Sequence record: PQ741806.1
Length of the DNA stretch: 64,000 nt
Reading direction: 5' to 3' (one strand)
Made by a program: the position numbers and the translations under genes. Within the stretch, counting starts at the first letter, position 1, and each line of letters begins with the position of its first letter. This document shows, in pieces, positions 47,393 to 56,529 of the stretch. The notes beneath the pieces were generated by a model. That model was given only the letters and a program-made list of their open reading frames with translations. It did not search any database and was not told the DNA's origin.

Positions 47393-47671
47393 TTATTTTA
47401 TTACAATGCCTTCAGCATTGCGTACTGCTTCTTTAGCAAATTGAACATCTCCAAATACATGTTCAATAAACTTTGATGCATCTGACCCAGCTACATCGCT
47501 TGATAGTAGTTTCACAGTCTTGGTAATCTTACCAGGATAATAGAGGATGATATCCCATCCATCACTTTCTTTAACAGAGCGAATTTTTAGAATAGGCTCT
47601 TCTTTACCAAGGTGTTCAAGACTAACACCACTTTTGACAGCGGCTTCAAATACTACATCAGAGATAGACAT
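47393..47671 (-). CDS. Hypothetical protein
   Basis: 92-aa ORF. Confidence 0.8.
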   Translation of the reverse strand: MSISDVVFEAAVKSGVSLEHLGKEEPILKIRSVKESDGWDIILYYPGKITKTVKLLSSDVAGSDASKFIEHVFGDVQFAKEAVRNAEGIVIK

Positions 47672-47698
47672 ATTAGTTACCTTCTTAAAAGAAAGCGG

Positions 47699-47932
47699 TC
47701 ATGCGACCGCATCTTTAATCAGCGAGATAATTCGCGCTGATGGTTCGCGCCAAAATTCAATACGTACATTATTGAACTGGCTATCGTGATGCATAAAAGC
47801 TGATGATTGCTTTGCTGCATCGTGATTCATAATAGAACGTAGCTGGATAATATTTTTTTCTTTGAGTCGGATACCATCCAAATCAATGACTTTCAGTCCA
47901 GAGTTCATAGTCTTTACAGTTACATGTTGCAT
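47699..47932 (-). CDS. Hypothetical protein
   Basis: 77-aa ORF after AAGGA. Confidence 0.75.
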   Translation of the reverse strand: MQHVTVKTMNSGLKVIDLDGIRLKEKNIIQLRSIMNHDAAKQSSAFMHHDSQFNNVRIEFWREPSARIISLIKDAVA

Positions 47933-47985
47933 TTACAATTTCCTTTTAGTTGGATTAAAAAAATCTGTTAAACTTCTTTTATAAG

Positions 47986-48408
47986 TTATTCCGGTTTTGC
48001 GATGGCTTTGATGAGTTCCTGTTCAAGTTGTACGAGTTCATCATCAGTCAGATTACGAGAAATACACATACATCGACCTGGTCTTTTATACCACGTAATA
48101 CAGACATCACGCCAAACCAGAGCCCCTTCATCTGCACCTGGAAGCCTGAATGTTTCAAGTTCGCCAGTGTTAAGAGAAGGACCACCAGGATAAGGATAAA
48201 ATCTTTCGTAATCAATTCCACTATATTTCATCACTAGGTCATATAGTGGTGGTTGGACCATTTTCCAATATGAAGCTAATTTAATATCCTCACTTGGTAC
48301 AGATGCCCAATACTCTTTTTCAGCCTCATCCATTTCTTCTGGTTTAGGAAGTCCACCAACCAGACAATAAGCATGTGTTGCTACTTCAACTAAGTGTGTA
48401 TTTTTCAT
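47986..48408 (-). CDS. Hypothetical protein
   Basis: 140-aa ORF. Confidence 0.8.
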   Translation of the reverse strand: MKNTHLVEVATHAYCLVGGLPKPEEMDEAEKEYWASVPSEDIKLASYWKMVQPPLYDLVMKYSGIDYERFYPYPGGPSLNTGELETFRLPGADEGALVWRDVCITWYKRPGRCMCISRNLTDDELVQLEQELIKAIAKPE

Positions 48409-48428
48409 AGTTTGATCCTAATTAAATT

Positions 48429-48959
48429 CTAGAACATCAAAATGCCTACATCAGTATCCTTAAGTGTTGGTAAGCTGGTAGTGATGACTAATTTAATATT
48501 ACGTTTGGTAATTTCTTCACTAGCATTAATGATAGCTGACATAACCCCATTACCACCTGTACGTGCACGCACTACTTTATCAACATCTTCGGCAATAATA
48601 ACAGATCCATTTGGAAAACCTCTAATGAGGTCAGCGAATTCAGGATGTTCTAAAATATCGGACCGATCAGCTAAATAAATTTTATCATCCCAGCCTCGAT
48701 GATTCAACATTTCTCTAGCGAAGATTGACTCACCGGTATCTGGTTTACCAAAAATAGTTAGTACATTAAAACTAGATTCAGAAAATTTATCCCAAAGTTC
48801 CGCTGGTGTAAAATTGAAGTAAGGATAGAACTTGTGGATATCACTAACTGGTTGATATTCTAGACATGTTTCTACAGTTGTAGCCAATGTACCATTTGCT
48901 GTAAGATGAATCCTCTTAAGATATTTGGATGGTTTATTATTTAAATAATCATTAGGCAT
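48429..48959 (-). CDS. Truncated, degenerate AAA+ ATPase homologue
   Basis: IFGKPDTGES (K to E), IIAEDVD, KLVITTSLP; stops before the RxGR arginine finger. Confidence 0.7.
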   Translation of the reverse strand: MPNDYLNNKPSKYLKRIHLTANGTLATTVETCLEYQPVSDIHKFYPYFNFTPAELWDKFSESSFNVLTIFGKPDTGESIFAREMLNHRGWDDKIYLADRSDILEHPEFADLIRGFPNGSVIIAEDVDKVVRARTGGNGVMSAIINASEEITKRNIKLVITTSLPTLKDTDVGILMF

Positions 48960-49004
48960 TATATTTTCCTTTTTAAATAAATAAGGAAATTAACTATAGT
49001 GTTA

Positions 49005-49364
49005 TTATTTACCAATAGATACAATTACCTCTTTTAATTTACCATGGTCATTAATTGCCATTTGACAAGTGGGACACGGATATGCATCTAATGGCCTACC
49101 ATCAGAACCGACTCGCGCAACATAGATCCTATATCCTTTTCCCTTGGAGAGGATGATAGAACGCAACTCACTATGCATCTCACAACGTAGATCGGACAAT
49201 CCTGCTTTTAGAGAATAACGTTTCTGAGCAGGATGTGTTTTACCATACATATTTTGGCTTTCACTAATGATCCTACCACGTTTATCAGTAATGACTGAAT
49301 AAACACGTTGACGATGTTTTACATAAGGGATTTCACGACACTTTTCCAAAGCATAGTCCAACAT
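49005..49364 (-). CDS. Zn-dependent cytidine/dCMP-deaminase-fold protein
   Basis: MHSE...YPCPTCQ; start re-set to ATG 49364, downstream of the early promoter. Confidence 0.85.
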   Translation of the reverse strand: MLDYALEKCREIPYVKHRQRVYSVITDKRGRIISESQNMYGKTHPAQKRYSLKAGLSDLRCEMHSELRSIILSKGKGYRIYVARVGSDGRPLDAYPCPTCQMAINDHGKLKEVIVSIGK

Positions 49365-49407
49365 AATTGATTTACCTATTTGCAATTTAGATAGTAATAT
49401 CACATTT

Positions 49408-49436
49408 GTAATATACTGTTTAAAATGCTTTAAATA
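49408..49436 (-). promoter_or_regulatory. phiKZ-type early promoter
   Basis: TATTTAAAGCATTTTAAACAGTATATTAC. Confidence 0.85.
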
Positions 49437-49454
49437 CAAAAAAATAAAATATAA

Positions 49455-49475
49455 GCCCTCCCGCAATGGGAGGGC
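49455..49475 (-). terminator. Intrinsic terminator
   Basis: GCCCTCCC-gcaat-GGGAGGGC. Confidence 0.85.
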
Positions 49476-49488
49476 ATTATAATAACTA

Positions 49489-49923
49489 TTACAACTTATT
49501 CACCATTTTACTTGGTGCTATAACCCAGTGTAAATTACATTTCATGCTTTTATTTTTAAGAGGTATTCCTGAGATACACACATCCTCTTTAGTTATGCTA
49601 ATTTTAAATAAAGCTTCCCATTTATTAGCTGTGATGATTTCATCAACAGTGTGATGGAATTTAAGTGTGTTATCTAATACTGAAATATAAAAGTCTTTAT
49701 TGGGTTGACCTTTAGTTAAATCAATTATTAACCTATTATTTAATTTAGGTGAAAAAGTTGTTAATGTACCGTCCTCATTATTTTCTGATATGTAAGTACA
49801 ACCAGTAACAACAAAGACATTATCATTTATGGCATTAGTATAAATTACTTTCGATTGTTTAAAAATATTAATTAAGTAAACAATAATTGCTGACAGGATA
49901 AGTGCAATCACTACCTCAGTCAT
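49489..49923 (-). CDS. N-terminally anchored membrane protein
   Basis: Hydrophobic residues 4-21. Confidence 0.8.
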   Translation of the reverse strand: MTEVVIALILSAIIVYLINIFKQSKVIYTNAINDNVFVVTGCTYISENNEDGTLTTFSPKLNNRLIIDLTKGQPNKDFYISVLDNTLKFHHTVDEIITANKWEALFKISITKEDVCISGIPLKNKSMKCNLHWVIAPSKMVNKL

Positions 49924-49925
49924 TA

Positions 49926-50300
49926 CTAACCCCTATTAACAAAGATAAAATAATCTCGTAGTTCACCAGCTAAATCTAATGGTTGATAATTATCACTACC
50001 ATCATCATAAGGGATATAATCAGCACCTGCTTCTACAGCCGCTAAATATTCTTCCTCACCAACTGCTGGAATTAAATGAAACGCTGGGCAATCGTCATTA
50101 TTGCCATCTAGTATATCTAGCATGCCTGTAATGACACTATCTGCTACAGCCCTGTCCCGATCAGCTGGCTCTGTAAATTGATCAAGTTTAGAGTTATTGA
50201 TAGCATTATCACGCATATTGACAACACTACTAATAAATAGTTCTTTAACTTGTTCCTGTGTTACAGGTTTAACATTACCATCGCCTTCAAAATAGATCAT
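49926..50300 (-). CDS. Hypothetical protein (paralogue of 50345..51031 core)
   Basis: LDGNxxxxPxFxLIP motif. Confidence 0.8.
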   Translation of the reverse strand: MIYFEGDGNVKPVTQEQVKELFISSVVNMRDNAINNSKLDQFTEPADRDRAVADSVITGMLDILDGNNDDCPAFHLIPAVGEEEYLAAVEAGADYIPYDDGSDNYQPLDLAGELRDYFIFVNRG

Positions 50301-50344
50301 AATTACATACCTTGTTATCAGTAGCTTATAAATTTATTAGTTCA

Positions 50345-51031
50345 TTAACGCATTATTCGACTGATATCATCAGCTATTTGTGATTGTATCTTTTCCGCTT
50401 TTTCTTTAGCTTTTTCTACTAACATAGCAAGTTGCTCTTGCGTAAAATTACCCGAGTAATACTTAACAGGTTTCTCACCTGCTAAACTAAGGAAATGGTT
50501 CAATAGTGCATGTGGTCCTTTGAAAGGTTCCGTAAATGTCTTAGAAACTTGATAACGTAGATTACCAGAAATATCAACTGCATCACACTTTGCACGGATA
50601 TTATCTTTTAAATTTTCAACTGGGTTTACTGGCCAATAATTCTCACCAATACTTATTAGGTAGTCAATATCCTCTTGAGTAACATTAGGTATAAGTTTGA
50701 ATCCGGGTATATTTGGATCATTGCCATCTAGGCCAGCTGCGATGCTATATATAAATCCATCAAGCATATCTCTGATAGATAGTGCCTTATCTGTATTTTG
50801 AGTATCGGTATACTGTTTATGCCAGTAATTACGTGTGCTTTGAAGCCAATTTACAAAGAGAGAAGTTTGTTCCTCTTTTGTATATTCTCTCGGATCATCT
50901 ACTTTCTCCCATTCTTTTTGTTTATTTATCTTAGGAGTCTTAGTTTTCTTTACAGGTTGTTCAATCGGTGAATCTGAAACCTTTGTTTCAAATCCTATAC
51001 CAACTATAGTTTTATCGGTTGTATTGATCAT
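50345..51031 (-). CDS. Hypothetical protein (paralogue of 49926..50300)
   Basis: LDGNDPNIPGFKLIP motif. Confidence 0.85.
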   Translation of the reverse strand: MINTTDKTIVGIGFETKVSDSPIEQPVKKTKTPKINKQKEWEKVDDPREYTKEEQTSLFVNWLQSTRNYWHKQYTDTQNTDKALSIRDMLDGFIYSIAAGLDGNDPNIPGFKLIPNVTQEDIDYLISIGENYWPVNPVENLKDNIRAKCDAVDISGNLRYQVSKTFTEPFKGPHALLNHFLSLAGEKPVKYYSGNFTQEQLAMLVEKAKEKAEKIQSQIADDISRIMR

Positions 51032-51258
51032 AGAACATGAAACCTTTGTATATAGTTTGGTTTTATGCGTTTAGTAAATTGCGCTGAATGCTCAATGTAA
51101 TAAATGCATTTATCATTAAGTGAATACACTGTATAATAGGTTTTAGCACATATATGTCGTATGCCAATAGTAACACATATTTCCCAACCGATCTTTGTAA
51201 ATACATAACCTAACTGATTAGGCTCTATTTCTAAACATCTTTTGTCGAAGTTAACCAT
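51028..51258 (-). CDS. Hypothetical protein
   Basis: 76-aa ORF. Confidence 0.65.
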   Translation of the reverse strand: MVNFDKRCLEIEPNQLGYVFTKIGWEICVTIGIRHICAKTYYTVYSLNDKCIYYIEHSAQFTKRIKPNYIQRFHVL

Positions 51259-51698
51259 TGTGGCTTCCTCGGAATAGTTCGCAAGTACTGAACAATAAGT
51301 CGCGCGAATTCATCCATATCGTCTTCAACTAGAATTAACTCATCCAATGTATACCAGCCATCATCAGTTGTTTCAATTAGATTAGAATCATCTTTGATTT
51401 CTCTATCTAAGATGGCGTATAATCTAGTTGGTCCAAAATCAGGCTCTTCTATAACCCCAAGATGTATCAAAGAATTTCTATTATTAGTATCATCTGTGAT
51501 AGTTGGCTGAACACTAATATTGGAAGTTTCCTCTGGGAAGTTATAACTATCTAAAATAGCAAAATCAGTTAATTGTCTAATAGCCTTTCTAGTGAAATCA
51601 TAAACCTTCACTATGGGATGAATCACATAGGTTAGTTTATCATTAACTAAACGTTGCCTTAAATTAATAAATGCGCAGTTATTCATCGACATACTCAT
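51231..51698 (-). CDS. Hypothetical protein
   Basis: 155-aa ORF. Confidence 0.75.
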   Translation of the reverse strand: MSMSMNNCAFINLRQRLVNDKLTYVIHPIVKVYDFTRKAIRQLTDFAILDSYNFPEETSNISVQPTITDDTNNRNSLIHLGVIEEPDFGPTRLYAILDREIKDDSNLIETTDDGWYTLDELILVEDDMDEFARLIVQYLRTIPRKPQWLTSTKDV

Positions 51699-52053
51699 GT
51701 ACCATTTTAATAGTTTTCAAAAATACTTCTTGATTATTACTATCATCTGCTTTTAGAATAACAGGATGACACATAAATTCATTTTCCAATGATACTCGAT
51801 AATATTCATTAATTGTCTGAATGAAATCAAGCGGGGGATAAATAATAATATCCTTATCTGTTTCGGCGTAATTAACTACATTTGGTTCATGTTTAAATTT
51901 GGATTTATTTAATTTATAAACAAAGTATTTTATATCATTTTTATCTACTTGTGATACAAATACAATTCGTTCATACATTGATAAATCAATATCTTTACCA
52001 ATATTGATAGACAGTGGCATACCAATAAATGAGCGTTTAATATTTTCATTCAT
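51679..52053 (-). CDS. Hypothetical early protein
   Basis: 124-aa ORF behind promoter 52093. Confidence 0.8.
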   Translation of the reverse strand: MNENIKRSFIGMPLSINIGKDIDLSMYERIVFVSQVDKNDIKYFVYKLNKSKFKHEPNVVNYAETDKDIIIYPPLDFIQTINEYYRVSLENEFMCHPVILKADDSNNQEVFLKTIKMVHEYVDE

Positions 52054-52092
52054 TTTTTAATTACCTATTTAATAGTTTAATGTTGTATTAGT

Positions 52093-52119
52093 GTAATATA
52101 GATTTCAAAAAAAATTTAA
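52093..52119 (-). promoter_or_regulatory. Early promoter, type B
   Basis: ATTAAATTTTTTTTGAAATCTATATTAC. Confidence 0.7.
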
Positions 52120-52156
52120 TGTAAAAGCCCTCTCCTTTGGGAGAGGGTTTATGACT

Positions 52157-52264
52157 TTATTTATATTTTTTCTTATGAGTGTGATAAATATAGCTAAATA
52201 GCATACCGATTGACATTGATACAGCTACCATACCCACATAGAAAAGTTCATTACTAAGTTGCAT
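52157..52264 (-). CDS. Small single-TM protein (35 aa, not in ORF track)
   Basis: [35 protein letters not shown] after GAGGA. Confidence 0.6.
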   Translation of the reverse strand: MQLSNELFYVGMVAVSMSIGMLFSYIYHTHKKKYK

Positions 52265-52346
52265 TAGATTTCCTCAAATAGTTTAATTTATCCCACCTAG
52301 TTTTAACCGTCCAGTCGGTTAAAAAGAGGACCCGAAGGTCCTCTAA

Positions 52347-52586
52347 TTATTTCTTATAACTCTCAGGGCATCCCATTTTGAGTTTGCCATCCTTTGGGTC
52401 TTCAGCGAATAATACTTCATCTGGACACTTCTTAACAGGAGTGTCCTTCGCCTTATCTTCCCATTCTACAACAGGCATTTCTAATTTCTTACGAAATTGA
52501 TACGTATCATAAAGAACATACGTAATCATTCCCATAAGAGAGATTACCCATACCCATGCAACAATTAGGATGATTCTAGTTATCAT
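52347..52586 (-). CDS. Single-TM membrane protein
   Basis: Hydrophobic N-terminus, two Cys in the C-terminus. Confidence 0.8.
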   Translation of the reverse strand: MITRIILIVAWVWVISLMGMITYVLYDTYQFRKKLEMPVVEWEDKAKDTPVKKCPDEVLFAEDPKDGKLKMGCPESYKK

Positions 52587-52953
52587 ACAACTCCTCGCCG
52601 ACTATATTGAAACACCCATTACTGAGTTTTTCAGTCAGCATCTCACCAAGATCACTTCCCTCGCTCTTTGCCAAAAGCTTAAGTGCGGGATCAGTGAGAT
52701 TTTGGTATATTACATCGACATTATCCAATGCGATATTAATAGCGAGTGCCTTATCACTCTGGTTTTTATCTATGGCAATGGATAGTTCATCTTGCAGTAT
52801 TGCATACATCTCCAATGGCTCACCGCCATTAGTGTAGAATTGAACCATATTCTTTGCCAAGCTGTGCAGCACGTAGCAAGATGACACGGTTACGGGTTGT
52901 GCATTAACCGACATTGCTACCATAGTGATAATGAGCGAGAAGACGTATTTCAT
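52576..52953 (-). CDS. Secreted two-Cys helical protein (array member)
   Basis: Signal peptide AMSVNA-Q, VTVSSC...NGCFNIVGE. Confidence 0.8.
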   Translation of the reverse strand: MKYVFSLIITMVAMSVNAQPVTVSSCYVLHSLAKNMVQFYTNGGEPLEMYAILQDELSIAIDKNQSDKALAINIALDNVDVIYQNLTDPALKLLAKSEGSDLGEMLTEKLSNGCFNIVGEELYDN

Positions 52954-52985
52954 CCTATTTTCCTTTTGAAAGTATTCGATATGAA

Positions 52986-53441
52986 TTAAATGAGTTCAAC
53001 AATTACCATGTGAGTGAATTTCTCACCAATATGCTTCATGCAGTAATTGCCATAATACCCGCTGATAAAAGCTGCCAGATTAGGAGTAGTCACATTGTAA
53101 CCTTGACTACGGATATAATCATGGATCTCTTTACTGTTAAGGTCATTATTGATTTTATTAAGACTATTGAATACGAATGTTAACGCAATCCAATTATTGG
53201 TATCCAACTCATCTTTTAGTTTAGCAGAGTTGTTGAGCATAAGCACACCAACTTCATCTGCGCTATGACCTTCACTCATTCGAAATACAGCTTGTTTAGT
53301 AATGGTTTCAACCATTGCACACGACTGCACAGTGAGTTGAGCATCTTTTTTACCAATCTTGATTTCAGCCATTGCGGTATTGAACATGATACCGGTAATG
53401 GCAATGAGACCAGCGAAAGCTGCTGCAATTACATTTTTCAT
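52986..53441 (-). CDS. Secreted two-Cys helical protein (array member)
   Basis: Signal peptide TAMA-E, LTVQSC...NYCMKHIGE. Confidence 0.8.
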   Translation of the reverse strand: MKNVIAAAFAGLIAITGIMFNTAMAEIKIGKKDAQLTVQSCAMVETITKQAVFRMSEGHSADEVGVLMLNNSAKLKDELDTNNWIALTFVFNSLNKINNDLNSKEIHDYIRSQGYNVTTPNLAAFISGYYGNYCMKHIGEKFTHMVIVELI

Positions 53442-53458
53442 TTTAAATCCTTCTTCAT

Positions 53459-53842
53459 TTATTTAATGGTAAGAATAGTAATTTTTTCAGGATTTACTGG
53501 AACTTTAATTTTAGATTTATGTTGGAGAAACTCAACAACCACCATAGACTTATCCATTTTATACACTTCACATACTTTGACAAGCCTATCTACTACGCAA
53601 CCAATTTTACCGGCATTTTGAGAAAAGAAAGATTTTGCTTTTCTAATAGCCTCGCGTTTCTCAAGCATTTCCATATGCATATTTTCAATATGTTTATCGC
53701 GTTGAACACGATTAAACTTACGCATATGTCGTTCGATCTTACTAATTTCAGAAGAGTGTAATGAATAAGCAGCAGCTTCTTTCAGTTTCTCATATACTTC
53801 CACTGCCATTACCACGTGATCATCTTCAAAATTTCTTTTCAT
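53459..53842 (-). CDS. Hypothetical protein
   Basis: 127-aa ORF. Confidence 0.8.
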   Translation of the reverse strand: MKRNFEDDHVVMAVEVYEKLKEAAAYSLHSSEISKIERHMRKFNRVQRDKHIENMHMEMLEKREAIRKAKSFFSQNAGKIGCVVDRLVKVCEVYKMDKSMVVVEFLQHKSKIKVPVNPEKITILTIK

Positions 53843-53855
53843 ATCTATGCCTTTT

Positions 53856-54650
53856 TTACTGTTTGATTAAATTTGACACTGCTTCTTGTTTACATTGAGT
53901 ATTCATCCATAATGCAATGTCTTTGGGTTCTTGTCCAGTTTCCACCATATCGATAATGATACGGGTATTACGTTGTGCTTTCTCACGGGCATTTAACATA
54001 TCAGGATCATTAATAATGAATTCCCTACCCATAACTGGATCTAATCCAATATAAGCTTTAGATGCAATAGTTCTCACCATTGCTTCATATTGGTCACATC
54101 CACGTTCAGTTAATACAAGGTTATCTGCATTGGCACTACCGCCAAATAGCAAACCTAGGAATCCATAGAAAAAAGTGTGACGTATTGTCTTCCAACAAAT
54201 ACGCATCTCTTCATTTTTTGTATAAAGCTTTTCCCAATCAAACATTAAATAGAAACTTTCTTTTTGGATAGAAGGGTGTAACCAAATAGGTTTAATACTT
54301 ACTTCAAGAAGTTTACTATTTGGATTTTTACCAATAAAGATAACTTCAACAATGGCTCGTGCTAAAGCATCTTTTTCTTTACCATTCCATCCAAATTTTA
54401 TTTCATCAGCCGTGATATAAAGACGTATTCCGTCACCCACGTATTTGGGTAACCAAACAGCTTTACCTAGTTGCATTGGAACACTATTAGGGATCCCCCC
54501 AACCATCCAGGTAGCATTGGTGAAATGAATAGCGACATCATCATTTAACCACTTTAGAATAGCTGGCCTTACCCAGCTATCTACCAAATTACCACATGTC
54601 AATGCAGCTAGCATAGCCATGAGTATAATGACAATATAAATACTAACCAT
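53856..54650 (-). CDS. Membrane protein fused to a secreted two-Cys domain
   Basis: N-terminal TM; internal signal-like FYGFLGLLFGGSANA-D then LTERGC...TQC. Confidence 0.75.
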   Translation of the reverse strand: MVSIYIVIILMAMLAALTCGNLVDSWVRPAILKWLNDDVAIHFTNATWMVGGIPNSVPMQLGKAVWLPKYVGDGIRLYITADEIKFGWNGKEKDALARAIVEVIFIGKNPNSKLLEVSIKPIWLHPSIQKESFYLMFDWEKLYTKNEEMRICWKTIRHTFFYGFLGLLFGGSANADNLVLTERGCDQYEAMVRTIASKAYIGLDPVMGREFIINDPDMLNAREKAQRNTRIIIDMVETGQEPKDIALWMNTQCKQEAVSNLIKQ

Positions 54651-54653
54651 ATT

Positions 54654-55013
54654 CTACTCCAAGTTAAATTTAGTACCAATTGCTTCAACACAGTTTTCAG
54701 CTAGCCTATCTAGAATAGCTCCATTGGTAAATCCTTTTCGTTTATTTACGCGAATATCAACTAAGTTTAATTTAGCATATACGGTACCTGCATAGAACTC
54801 TAAGTCATCCATATCCTTACGAGAGATCATATCTAACTGCATCATTATCTCAAATTGGGATAGGTTCTTATCATAAAGCTCAGTTGCTTTTTGTGAAAGA
54901 TTTACTGCCACATTACATGATTTCTTAGTAATACCCACTTCTACAGCGTGGGCAGGCTGACATGCAATGGACAGGATTGGCAGGAAAAGGAATAATAGCC
55001 AATTCTTAAGCAT
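54654..55013 (-). CDS. Secreted two-Cys helical protein (array member)
   Basis: Signal peptide PAHA-V, ITKKSC...ENCVEAIG. Confidence 0.8.
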   Translation of the reverse strand: MLKNWLLFLFLPILSIACQPAHAVEVGITKKSCNVAVNLSQKATELYDKNLSQFEIMMQLDMISRKDMDDLEFYAGTVYAKLNLVDIRVNKRKGFTNGAILDRLAENCVEAIGTKFNLE

Positions 55014-55025
55014 GTTGTACCTCCA

Positions 55026-55433
55026 TTATTTTAGAGTAAGTGGTTTTGCTTCAAACGCACCTGCCGCTACACAACGCTGGAAATAACCATCAATGATGAA
55101 TTTCTCAGGAGTGGTCTTATAGACTTTAGCAGCATTTGTTGCACGTGGCAAACTTGCCTCAATTGCCATTTTATCTACCTTAGACCATAGGTAAAATAGA
55201 CCAGTGAGTTCTTCAACTTTAGACTGGTTGGTCTTTAGATCTTTAGTGTTATTAAGGATATAATGAATCCTTTCATAAGTCTTCATTTGCACTTCAGTTA
55301 CAGATGCACCTTTTACAAACAATTCATCTGCCTGTTTTACAAACTCGATGCATGAATCACGATTAGTGTACATGACAGCCGAGTTAGCAGTGATAGTTAC
55401 AATAGACAACATAAATACAATTACATATTTCAT
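55026..55433 (-). CDS. Secreted two-Cys helical protein (array member)
   Basis: Signal peptide TANS-A, TNRDSC...QRCVAAG. Confidence 0.75.
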   Translation of the reverse strand: MKYVIVFMLSIVTITANSAVMYTNRDSCIEFVKQADELFVKGASVTEVQMKTYERIHYILNNTKDLKTNQSKVEELTGLFYLWSKVDKMAIEASLPRATNAAKVYKTTPEKFIIDGYFQRCVAAGAFEAKPLTLK

Positions 55434-55459
55434 AATGAATTACCTCAAAATTAATTTTA

Positions 55460-55723
55460 TTAACTATTGGTTTCACCACGAGTATTGAATTCTAAATCCA
55501 ATACAACTTTAGTAAATTCTTCCAGTGCACCACCCTCGTAGATGAGTGGGTCACTGTCACCCCGGTACATGCTACCTACCGGTACTTGACCACGAAACAC
55601 CATCAGCATATCGTTTTTTACTATGACATGATGTTCATCCCCGACAGCAATGTCTTGGATGTGTCTCCAGCGTTCACGCAGTAAGCTGCAAGCGCACCAT
55701 ACGGATTTCAAACGTTCAGTCAT
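55460..55723 (-). CDS. Hypothetical early protein
   Basis: 87-aa ORF behind promoter 55757. Confidence 0.8.
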   Translation of the reverse strand: MTERLKSVWCACSLLRERWRHIQDIAVGDEHHVIVKNDMLMVFRGQVPVGSMYRGDSDPLIYEGGALEEFTKVVLDLEFNTRGETNS

Positions 55724-55756
55724 TGTATTGCCCTCTTGGTTATTAAATTCATATTT

Positions 55757-55785
55757 GTAATATAGCTTTTTAAATAGTTTAAATA
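55757..55785 (-). promoter_or_regulatory. phiKZ-type early promoter
   Basis: TATTTAAACTATTTAAAAAGCTATATTAC. Confidence 0.8.
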
Positions 55786-55804
55786 CAAAAAAAAGATAAA
55801 TAAA

Positions 55805-55824
55805 ACCCTCCCCGAAGGGAGGGT
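55805..55824 (-). terminator. Intrinsic terminator
   Basis: ACCCTCCC-cgaa-GGGAGGGT. Confidence 0.85.
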
Positions 55825-55842
55825 GTATATTAAGTAATTATT

Positions 55843-56499
55843 TTAACATACAATTTCATTATCAGAAAATAGTTTATTATATTCTTTTAGTGCATCCCCA
55901 CCAACCATAGTACACCTGCCATAGAGAACAGATATAGCCAGATCTTTAATAGCGGGGTGACAATTATTTAACTTACTGATTAGTTGAGCTTTCTCAGTCA
56001 GATACAGTTCAGCAAAATCAGGCTTATCATTAACAATCGACCACATGTTTGAAATGGAATCTAGTAACTTAAGAGATTGACCACTCCATGAAATGCGAGA
56101 AAGTCTTTCATGTTGTAAACTAATCCTAGTTTTACGATTACCTTCGTAAGTTACATTTGTTAGTTCAGTTACTAAATTAACAACAGGGATTGAGAATAGT
56201 TTAGTTAGATCAGAAGCAGTTACAGCAGTATCCTCAATTACATCATGTAACCATGCTGCTTTATAAGCAGCGTGAGATAGGTCGAATAATTGCGCCATCT
56301 CAGCTACTTGTAATAAATGATGCCAGTAAGGTTTTCCTGAACCATCTCGCAATTGACCAACAGCAGTATGTGCCGCAATGGCATATGATGCAGCCATTGC
56401 ATTACCCGCATTGGAATATTTGCCATTACCTAGATGGTTAGTTAAGAGAATATTCTCTTTCCCTCCTTCTAGAATATCGATAATTTCATTCATTAGCAT
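55843..56499 (-). CDS. HD-domain protein, RelA/SpoT small alarmone hydrolase (Mesh1-like)
   Basis: AAHxxxGQLRDGSGKPYWHH, AAWLHDVIEDT, LVTELT, LKLLDSISNM. Confidence 0.88.
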   Translation of the reverse strand: MLMNEIIDILEGGKENILLTNHLGNGKYSNAGNAMAASYAIAAHTAVGQLRDGSGKPYWHHLLQVAEMAQLFDLSHAAYKAAWLHDVIEDTAVTASDLTKLFSIPVVNLVTELTNVTYEGNRKTRISLQHERLSRISWSGQSLKLLDSISNMWSIVNDKPDFAELYLTEKAQLISKLNNCHPAIKDLAISVLYGRCTMVGGDALKEYNKLFSDNEIVC

Positions 56500-56529
56500 A
56501 GCTATATTCCTATTTAAATTATTGGAAAC

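Noticed and set aside
51231-51698. Possible Nudix hydrolase
   Set aside because: Only a weak GWYTLDEL tail; no GX5EX7REUXEE box
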